Shown here: positions 1-6,680 of the stretch, in pieces | Layout: the number at the start of each line of letters is the position of its first letter | Position numbering within the stretch: position 1 is the stretch's first letter | Source: Acidobacteriota bacterium | GTDB taxonomy: Bacteria > Acidobacteriota > Terriglobia > Terriglobales > SCQP01 | Reading direction: 5' to 3' | NCBI GenBank assembly: GCA_021789895.1 | Contig: JAJYIU010000005.1 | Coordinates: forward strand, 43,239 to 75,238 | DNA: 32,000 nucleotides | Program-made: the position numbers and the translations under genes | Notes under the pieces: model-generated | The model's database searches: none | Told to the model about the DNA's origin: nothing | What the model saw: only the letters and a program-made list of their open reading frames with translations

Positions 1-633
1 CAGGCTGTCGTCGAGCGATTGGAGCAGCGTTTCGGGCGTCAGCCGCCCGGGGCGATCGCCCCAGCAGAATGCGAAGCCGCACCGCTCTCCCGCGCGCAGC
101 CGAAAGCTCCCCGCCAGTGCGCCTTCCCGCAGTTGCAGGCGCTCCGGCGATTGCAGCCAGAGGCCTTGTCCGCAGCGCCAGATGCCGGCATTGTCTTCCC
201 CGGCGCGCCCCGGCAGCCATTCCCATCTCGCCTTCCCGCCATAGCCGGGCGCGGGCGCGCACTGGCATTCGATCTCTCCCTCGCCCTCGATCATTTCCAC
301 CAGGCGGAAGACGGCGCCCTGATCGAGTTGCGGCGGGCTGGGAACGAAGCGGGGCGGCATCCAATCGGTCAACCGCACCCGCATCCCCGGGCGGCGAAAT
401 TCCGTGACCAGCACGTTCGTGCGGGCGCGGTATCGCTGCTTGCCCGGTCCGGTTCCACGCGGATGCAGGCTCCAGGCTCCGCCTTTTTTCGTATCCAGCA
501 GGGCGGCAAATACCGAATCGCTGTCGAAGCGCGGCAGGCATAGCCATACCAGATCGCCGCTGCGGCTGACCAGGCCGGCGGTATGCCCGTCGGCAATCAA
601 GCCTAAATCTGCAATCGTGGGCGAAATGTCCAC
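1..633 (-). CDS. Glycoside hydrolase family 15 protein (glucoamylase/trehalase-like), N-terminal part only; gene continues past the left edge
   Basis: Not in the ORF track because it is open at the window edge. My translation of the minus strand from GTG at 633-631 gives VDISPTIADLGLIADGHTAGLVSRSGDLVWLCLPRFDSDSVFAALLDTKKGGAWSLHPRG... with no stop down to position 1. The GLIxDxxTAxLVxxxGxxxWLCxPRFDSxSVFAALLD block is the conserved GH15 N-terminal signature as I recall it. Confidence 0.8.
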   Translation of the reverse strand, partial: MDISPTIADLGLIADGHTAGLVSRSGDLVWLCLPRFDSDSVFAALLDTKKGGAWSLHPRGTGPGKQRYRARTNVLVTEFRRPGMRVRLTDWMPPRFVPSPPQLDQGAVFRLVEMIEGEGEIECQCAPAPGYGGKARWEWLPGRAGEDNAGIWRCGQGLWLQSPERLQLREGALAGSFRLRAGERCGFAFCWGDRPGRLTPETLLQSLDDSL

Positions 634-907
634 TCTGAAATTATGATGAGCGAAAAACGGCGAGGGGACTTGCTGAAAAATTTTTGGGCGGATCGAATTC
701 GCGTTTTTAGGGAACTTCCGTTCAACTTGCGTTGTCTGGTATCCCCAAAAAGCGTTTTTAATCCGCCCATCCATTGGGATACCGCCCGCCGCCCGCGGGT
801 TGCCAACCCTGCCCGGCAGCTTCCGCCTTGTGAAGCCAAGGGGTAATTTTCTCCATTCAACTCATTCCGGCGGGCCGCTCTCCAGCCGCCGATTGTATTC
901 TGCTTCC

Positions 908-1852
908 ATGCGGATCGGTATTGTCACGCCGGCGCCGCCGGGCAGCTTGAAAGGCAATCGCGTCACGGCGCTGCGCTGGGCGCGCCGGCTGCGCGAGCTG
1001 CGCCAACGCGTGGAAATCGTCGAAGACTATTCCGGCGAAGATTACCAATTGCTGATCGGCCTGCATCTCCGCCACAGCGCGGCGGCGGCGCTGCGCTTCC
1101 ACCGCCGGCATCCGCAACGCCCCTTGTTGATGGCCTTGACCGGCACCGATATCTATGGCTGGCGCTTGGTTGCCGGCGCCGGCGGCGTGCTGCGCGCGGC
1201 CAGCGCGCTGATCGCCTTGCAGCCGCTCGCCCGGCGGCGCCTGCCTGCCTGGGCGCGCGCAAAAACCCGCGTCATTTATCAAGCGGCGCCGGCGTACCGC
1301 CGGCTGCCGCCTCGGCGCAACAGCTTCGATATTTGCGTGTTGAGCCACCTGCGCGCAATCAAAGATCCGCTGCTGGCGGCGCAGGCGGCGCGCAGCCTGC
1401 CCGCCGGTTCGCGGGTGCGCATTCTGCACGCCGGAGCGGCGTTGGAGCCTGGCTTGGAAGCAGCCGCGCAGGCGGAAATGCGTCGCAATCCACGCTACCG
1501 CTGGCTGGGGCCGCTGCCGCCGCCGCGCGCCCGCGTGCTGCTGCGCCGCTCGCGCGCGCTGGTCGTCAGCTCGCTTGCCGAAGGCGGCGCCAACGTCGTC
1601 TCCGAAGCCTTGCGCGCGGGCATTCCGGTCCTGGCCACACGGATTGCAGGCAATCTGGGCCTGCTGGGCGGCGATTACGCCGGCTACTTCCCTGCCCGCC
1701 ATCTGCGGCAGCTCGGACGCCTGCTGGCGCGGGTGGAGAGCGAGCCGCAATTCCTCCGCCGCCTGCAGCGGCAGGTCCGCCGCCTGGCTCCGCAATTCAG
1801 CCCGGAACGCGAGCGCCAGGCATGGCAACGCTTATTGCGCGAATGTTCATAA
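908..1852 (+). CDS. senB: Group-1 (GT4-like) glycosyltransferase, tentatively TIGR04348 / SenB-like (selenosugar synthase family)
   Basis: ORF 800..1852. I start it at ATG 908 (MRIGIVTPAPPGSLKGNRVTALRWARRLRELRQRVEIV...) because homologues as I remember them begin there; the 800 start is a TTG extension. Motifs: GNRVTAxRWA, TGTDIY, HLRxxKDP, NPRYRWLG, EGGANVVSEA, and GIPVLAT..GNLGLLGGDYAGYFP, a typical GT-B C-terminal half. The family assignment is from memory and not searched. Confidence 0.55.
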   Translation: MRIGIVTPAPPGSLKGNRVTALRWARRLRELRQRVEIVEDYSGEDYQLLIGLHLRHSAAAALRFHRRHPQRPLLMALTGTDIYGWRLVAGAGGVLRAASALIALQPLARRRLPAWARAKTRVIYQAAPAYRRLPPRRNSFDICVLSHLRAIKDPLLAAQAARSLPAGSRVRILHAGAALEPGLEAAAQAEMRRNPRYRWLGPLPPPRARVLLRRSRALVVSSLAEGGANVVSEALRAGIPVLATRIAGNLGLLGGDYAGYFPARHLRQLGRLLARVESEPQFLRRLQRQVRRLAPQFSPERERQAWQRLLRECS

Positions 1853-1918
1853 CCATTCGCGCCCTGGGGCAACGCTGCCGCCATGTCCTCAGAACATGCT
1901 TGCGCGCGGCCTTACCGA

Positions 1919-4900
1919 TTAATTCACATTCAGCGTCAGCGCCTGCGATTGGCTAACCGAGCCGGACGTGGCCGTAACCGTCAGCGTATAGCTGCCGGAG
2001 GGCGTGCCGGGCACGGAATTCGATCCGGAACTGCTGCTGCTGCTGCATCCCGCCATTCCGAGCGCGACCAAGGCGATGCCGGTCCAACCCAGGCGGCGCA
2101 GCCAGCCACCGGCTGCGGCCATGCGGCGGCGTCGGCTGGCCAGCAGCAGGCTGAGTGCGCCCGCCAGCCACAATCCCCATTGCGCCGCCAACGGCCAGGG
2201 TAGCCGCGGAGCGCGGGGCGGGGCGATGGGCAAGGCCGTCGGCGCGGTGGTCGCTACGGAAACGGTGGCCTGCACCGCGCTTGCATTATTAATGCTCACC
2301 GATGCCGGGCTGACGCTGCAGGTCGCCTTCGATGGCGCGCCCGAGCAGCTCAGGTTCACCGTGCCGGTAAAGCCGCCCGTCGGCGTGATCGAAAGTACGT
2401 AGGAAGCGGTCTGGCCGGCATTCACCGTGGCGCTGGCGGGCGTGGCTGTAAGCGTGAATGCAGCCGGCGTATTCAGCGCCGGTATGATCCAGGCGCCGCG
2501 GCCGTGAGTGGCGGCGATGACGTAATTGGCGCCGGCCTGGGTGAAGTTCAGTTGCAGAATCGCCGCTGCGGGCAGGCCGCTGCCCAACTGCTGCCATTGT
2601 TCGGTCGCCCCGCCGGCCCCGCCGTCCTGGGTAACGAAGACGCCAACGTCGGTTGCAACGTAGATGTTTTTCGGCGCATTGGGATCGATCAGGATCCAGT
2701 TCAGCGGACTGTCGGGCAGATTGCCGGTGATGTCGGTCCAGGCGGTGCCCGCGTTGGTGCTCATGAAAATGTGTTGCCCGCCGCTGCCCGTTCCTTCATT
2801 AACGCCGAAATCCATCACCCCCACGAAAATGGTTTTCGAATCGGTGGGCGAAATCGCAATCGAGCTGAGCGGGCGCTGGTATTTGGTGGCCACTAGCGGC
2901 AGCGGAGAGGCGACTTGCCAGGTGGGCAGTGTGCCGGTGGCGCAATTGGCGCTGCTGATGCAGGTGGCATTGGTGGTGTAGGCGACCTGGCCATCGTCGG
3001 TGACTGCATACAGCGTCGCGGAATCACTGGGCGCTTGCGCCAGCGCGGTTATGTAATACCCGTTGTTGGCGCAGGTGCCGGTGCCGCTGCCGCCGCTGGT
3101 CAGATCGGGGCTGATCGCCACCCAGCCCTGGCCGTCGCTGCTCGGCATGCTGGGCCCTTCCCAGACCCGGCAGGTGCCGAGGATGATCTGCGTGTTTTCA
3201 TTGGGCAGAATCTGATAGGGAACGTAAAAATCCGCGGCGTCTGTGATGAAATTGTTGTCCACGACTACGTTCGGATTGCCTGCATTGTTATAGAAGCTGT
3301 CGGCGCCGGTCGAAATGTTGATCTGGCCGCCTTGGTCGGAACGGGTCAGCGATACGCCGTTATTCTCGGAGAAATACTGATCGGTCATCACCCCGTTGAC
3401 CGACGCCAGCGTGGTGGCGGAAAAACCGCCATCGCCGAAAAAGTCCGCTGTCCATTGCAGCGGAGACGACGGTGCTTGCGGCGGATTGAACCCGTCGCCG
3501 CTGATGGCGGCGTCGTTATCCTGCGATCCGCCGAAATAAACCCCCGCGGTGACCGGATCGCCGACGACGCTGTAGAACTGGATCGTGCCCAGTCCGGTGT
3601 TGAGGTCGGTCCAGTTCGTGCCGGCATCGCTGGTGCCCCAGATGCCGCCATCGCAGCCGATATACCAGGTGTTCGCATTCACCGCCGCCAGGGCGTGCTG
3701 ATCCGCATGCACGCTGCCGTTTCCGTAGGCATTGGTGAGATCGGTCCAGGTGGTGGTCATGCCATTGACCGTGGTCGCCTGCCAAAGATCGATCCCGCCT
3801 ACGACCAGCGCATTCGAGCCCGGCGGCGCGAAGATTGGCTGATCGTAATCGCCTTGAGGGCCGGCGCCGGCGTCGAATAGCGTTTCGCCGCTGGTGCAGT
3901 TTTGCGCTGTGGTCGAAGTGCAGGTCGGCGCCGTGATGGGCGTCCATGAGCCGCCGTCATTGATGGATTCCACCAGGCCCGTATCGCAGCCGCTGGTCTG
4001 GCCGGCCGCGCAGGCATTGGGAGCCGAAAGCGCCCCATTCGAGTCGGCAATGACGGCAAAAATCGCCCCGGAGCGGGCCGCCATCGAAACGCGATAAAAA
4101 TTATCGTAGGTGCTGCTGTTGATGCCGGGCGGGACTTTTGCGAATGGACTGGCCGTCAGCGCCGTCCAACTGGCGCCCTGGTTGGTGGATTTATAAAACC
4201 CGGCGCCGCGGAATGCGGCCAGATAGGCTTTGGTCGTGGCATCGTAAACCAGATCGGTGCAGGAATAGTTGTTGCCCGAAGTATCGAGCACTTCCTCAAC
4301 CAGCGACCAGGTATCGCCGCCGTCGGTGGAACGGTAAATGCCGCGCACGTAGGGCGTGTTGTAGGCGACCGCGGTGGTCGCCACCGCCGCCAGCAGGATC
4401 TGTGGATTCTGCGGGTCCACCAGGATGCGGGAAAAGCCCGCGCCCATGAATTTTTCCAATCCACCGTCGGCCGAGCTGACCAGCTTCCAGGTGGCGCCGC
4501 CGTCGTGCGATACCAGCAGCCCCATGCCGTAATAACTGTCGCCGGCGTTATCCGGCTCGCCCGTGCCGGCCACGATCGTGGGTTTGCCGGCGACCGTGCT
4601 GCCGGCGGAAGTCAGGGCGATGGCGCCCACGGACAAGGTGGCTTGGCCGTCGGTGAGCGGCTTCCAGGTGGCGCTGGCCGACTGCGCATTGGTGGAGACC
4701 CAGATTCCGCCATAGGCGGCGCCGAGATAAACCGTATTCCCGCTGGCATCGTCGTTCAAATCGACCGCCAGCGCGGTCACGCGCCCGGAAACATTGTTAA
4801 AAAAGTAATCATATTCGGGGCTGGGCCCAAGTTCCGTCCAACTGCCGCCGGTCGGGGAGGGGCCGTATGGCCGCTTCATGCTGGAAATGTGGCGGTTCCA

Positions 4901-5149
4901 ACCGCTGCCCACATAAGGCATACGCCGGGCATGCGCCCAGGCCAGGCGCTGGTGCTCGGCGGCGGGCATCGCATCCAGGCTGCGCCGGCCGCGCATAAAA
5001 AACGCCTGCCGCTGGCTGCGCAGGTCCTGGTCCGGCTTCGGCCGCTTCAAGTTCCCGCTTGGAGTGGATTGCGCCGCCATCGCGCCGAACAGCCCTACTC
5101 CTAATAAAACCCGGGGAACTGCCGAATGAAGCCAGGTGGATCTATTCAT
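1919..5149 (-). CDS. Large secreted BNR/Asp-box repeat beta-propeller protein (sortilin/VPS10- or GH74-like) with C-terminal Ig-like domain and membrane-anchor module
   Basis: 1076-aa ORF. N-terminal signal-like segment MNRSTWLHSAVPRVLLGVGLFGAMAAQS. AAGGA Shine-Dalgarno-like sequence a few nt upstream of the ATG on the minus strand. Repeated SxDxGxTW Asp-boxes: SHDGGATWK, STDGGDTWS, STNQGASWT, INDGGSWT, TSDAGTNWT, STNAGTAWT. C-terminal FTLTATPASATVNAGQTASYVLSITPTGGFTGTVNLSCSG Ig-like segment. Confidence 0.8.
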   Translation of the reverse strand: MNRSTWLHSAVPRVLLGVGLFGAMAAQSTPSGNLKRPKPDQDLRSQRQAFFMRGRRSLDAMPAAEHQRLAWAHARRMPYVGSGWNRHISSMKRPYGPSPTGGSWTELGPSPEYDYFFNNVSGRVTALAVDLNDDASGNTVYLGAAYGGIWVSTNAQSASATWKPLTDGQATLSVGAIALTSAGSTVAGKPTIVAGTGEPDNAGDSYYGMGLLVSHDGGATWKLVSSADGGLEKFMGAGFSRILVDPQNPQILLAAVATTAVAYNTPYVRGIYRSTDGGDTWSLVEEVLDTSGNNYSCTDLVYDATTKAYLAAFRGAGFYKSTNQGASWTALTASPFAKVPPGINSSTYDNFYRVSMAARSGAIFAVIADSNGALSAPNACAAGQTSGCDTGLVESINDGGSWTPITAPTCTSTTAQNCTSGETLFDAGAGPQGDYDQPIFAPPGSNALVVGGIDLWQATTVNGMTTTWTDLTNAYGNGSVHADQHALAAVNANTWYIGCDGGIWGTSDAGTNWTDLNTGLGTIQFYSVVGDPVTAGVYFGGSQDNDAAISGDGFNPPQAPSSPLQWTADFFGDGGFSATTLASVNGVMTDQYFSENNGVSLTRSDQGGQINISTGADSFYNNAGNPNVVVDNNFITDAADFYVPYQILPNENTQIILGTCRVWEGPSMPSSDGQGWVAISPDLTSGGSGTGTCANNGYYITALAQAPSDSATLYAVTDDGQVAYTTNATCISSANCATGTLPTWQVASPLPLVATKYQRPLSSIAISPTDSKTIFVGVMDFGVNEGTGSGGQHIFMSTNAGTAWTDITGNLPDSPLNWILIDPNAPKNIYVATDVGVFVTQDGGAGGATEQWQQLGSGLPAAAILQLNFTQAGANYVIAATHGRGAWIIPALNTPAAFTLTATPASATVNAGQTASYVLSITPTGGFTGTVNLSCSGAPSKATCSVSPASVSINNASAVQATVSVATTAPTALPIAPPRAPRLPWPLAAQWGLWLAGALSLLLASRRRRMAAAGGWLRRLGWTGIALVALGMAGCSSSSSSGSNSVPGTPSGSYTLTVTATSGSVSQSQALTLNVN

Positions 5150-5370
5150 CGCTTTCCTTTCGAGCCCTCCCGCGAAAAGTCACCTTGAACAGCGCCGCCT
5201 GCATGCCGGCCGCTACTCTGGATGTCTTTACGCTAGCACCACTTGGCGGGCGGGTAAATACAGCTTGGATTTGTGTTCAGCCGGATTCAGCCAAGTCGGG
5301 AAGCACAGCATCTAAGTGAACGTGCCACGGCCGTTTCTGGCCGAAATTATTTTCTGGCACGGGAGGATCT

Positions 5371-5625
5371 ATGTTTCTGATTTGGTGGATCATCGTCGGC
5401 TTGATTGCCGGTTGGGCCACGGGCAAGATCATGCGCGGCGCCGGTTATGGCCCGCTAATGGATATCGTGGTCGGCATCATTGGAGCGGTCATCGGCGGCT
5501 GGATCATGAGCGCTTTGGGCGGCCCTGCCGCCGGCGGCCTGATCTACACTATCCTGGTCGCTATTCTGGGGGGCGTCATATTGACTGTTATTGTCCGCGC
5601 GATTAGCGGCCGGCGAACGGTCTGA
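5371..5625 (+). CDS. GlsB/YeaQ/YmgE family small stress-response membrane protein (transglycosylase-associated family)
   Basis: 84-aa ORF MFLIWWIIVGLIAGWATGKIMRGAGYGPLMDIVVGIIGAVIGGWIMSALGG...: three Gly-rich TM helices in the family pattern. GGGAGG at 5361-5366, 4 nt before the ATG. Confidence 0.85.
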   Translation: MFLIWWIIVGLIAGWATGKIMRGAGYGPLMDIVVGIIGAVIGGWIMSALGGPAAGGLIYTILVAILGGVILTVIVRAISGRRTV

Positions 5626-5659
5626 GCGCGCCCGAACCTAAATCACAGGAGGCATTTCC

Positions 5660-6271
5660 ATGCCTATTGCCTGGCAAGCATCCCTGGCCGAAGCCCGCCG
5701 CCAGGCGGCGCAGATCCATCGCCCGGTCCTGCTCGATATCAGCGCCGCGCCGCGTTGAGGCGGCTGCGTTCAGATGGATACCGGGTCGTATCCACCGCCA
5801 TCCGTCAGCCGCTTCATCGAACAAGAGTTTGTGCCCGCGCGCGTCAACCTGATCAGCGGCGATCCGAGCCAGGCTGCCGGCTTCCACGTCCTTTGGACGC
5901 CTTGTTTTCTGGTCCTCGAAGGCGAGCGTGAATGCTATCGCAATTACGGCTTTCTGCCGGCAGAAGATCTTTCGGCCCTGCTCAGGATTGCCTTGGGAAT
6001 GCGGGCGCTGGGCTTGGGACGCTACGATGAAGCCGCCGCCTGGCACCACGAGGCCGCCGACGGCTTTTCTCAGAGCCCATTCCGCCCCCAGGCCCTCTAT
6101 TGGGAAGGTGTAGCGCGCTATAAGCAGAGCGGGGATTTCACCGCCGCCCGTGACATTTGGGAACGCTTGGCGCGCGAGGCCCCGGCCAGTACCTGGGCCC
6201 GCCGCGCCAGCTTCGCCTTGCGCCCGCACGAAGCCGTCTCCCAAACCGCCACCAATCCCGATAACCAATGA
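5660..6271 (+). CDS. Thioredoxin-fold (Thioredoxin_7-like) protein with TPR-like C-terminal half; predicted selenoprotein with in-frame TGA at 5756-5758 read as Sec (U-G-G-C motif)
   Basis: ATG 5660 is preceded by AGGAGG (5647-5652) and by an in-frame TAA at 5639-5641. The frame reads MPIAWQASLAEARRQAAQIHRPVLLDISAAPR-TGA-GGCVQMDTGSYPPPSVSRFIEQEFVPARVNL... and is the same frame as track ORF 5774..6271 (5774-5660=114). The TGA occupies the first-Cys column of the xPVLxDFxAxWCxxCxxMD thioredoxin-like motif. The stop overlaps the next gene's ATG (ATGA at 6268-6271). Confidence 0.65.
5759..5812 (+). promoter_or_regulatory. Candidate bacterial SECIS stem-loop immediately 3' of the in-frame UGA
   Basis: Upper stem 5775-5781 (UGGAUAC) pairs perfectly with 5788-5794 (GUAUCCA); apical loop CGGGUC at 5782-5787. 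Lower stem 5760-5766 (GCGGCUG) pairs perfectly with 5806-5812 (CAGCCGC). The apical loop starts 23 nt after the UGA and contains G residues. Confidence 0.5.
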
Positions 6272-6552
6272 CCCTGGCTGCCTTCTTCGTGCTCCTGGTG
6301 ATTGCCGGAGTCTGCGGCGCCCTGGGCGCCGGATTGGGCGGCTATTCCCACGCCGGCTGCCTGGGATCCATCCTGCTGGGTTTTATCGGCGCCGTGCTCG
6401 GCTCGTGGCTGGCCACGACCCTGCGCTTGCCGGCGGTGCTGGTGGTCGCCGTCGGCGGCGTGCCGTTTCCCGTCTTTTGGGCGGTGGTCGGCGCAGCGCT
6501 GTTCGTCTTCGCGCTGGGCCTGCTGCGCATCGGCGCCGCGCGCCGTAGTTGA
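6268..6552 (+). CDS. GlsB/YeaQ/YmgE family small membrane protein (second copy)
   Basis: 94-aa ORF MTLAAFFVLLVIAGVCGALGAGLGGYSHAGCLGSILLGFIGAVLGSWLATTL...VFWAVVGAALFVFALGLL with the same Gly-rich TM pattern. Its ATG overlaps the upstream stop (ATGA). Confidence 0.8.
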   Translation: MTLAAFFVLLVIAGVCGALGAGLGGYSHAGCLGSILLGFIGAVLGSWLATTLRLPAVLVVAVGGVPFPVFWAVVGAALFVFALGLLRIGAARRS

Positions 6553-6598
6553 TGCGCTGCTGGCCCTCCGGGCGTCGGCAAGCATTGTCAAAATGTCT

Positions 6599-6632
6599 CC
6601 GCCCACCCTACGTTTCAAAGTAGGGCGGGCGG
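6599..6632. terminator. Strong hairpin between convergent genes (possible bidirectional terminator)
   Basis: CCGCCCACCCUAC (6599-6611) pairs with GUAGGGCGGGCGG (6620-6632), 12 of 13 bp, with an 8-nt loop GUUUCAAA. It lies between the yeaQ-like stop (6552) and the ompA-family stop (6681). A short U run follows only on the minus-strand reading. Confidence 0.5.
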
Positions 6633-6680
6633 ATCTGCTTGCCGGCGAGCCTTCCGTTCTTAGTTCTCTATTGTCCCTCG

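Noticed and set aside
643-846. 67-aa ORF in the GH15 / glycosyltransferase intergenic region.
   Set aside because: It has no Shine-Dalgarno sequence, and its composition is atypical and basic. It overlaps the AT-rich regulatory region, and nothing in it is recognisable.
5322-5366. TGGCAC (5355-5360) upstream of the first yeaQ-like gene as a sigma-54 -24 element.
   Set aside because: No TTGC -12 element follows at the required 5-nt spacing; the sequence there is GGGAGGATC, which is the ribosome-binding site. It is better explained as the 3' arm of an inverted repeat with GTGCCA at 5322-5327.
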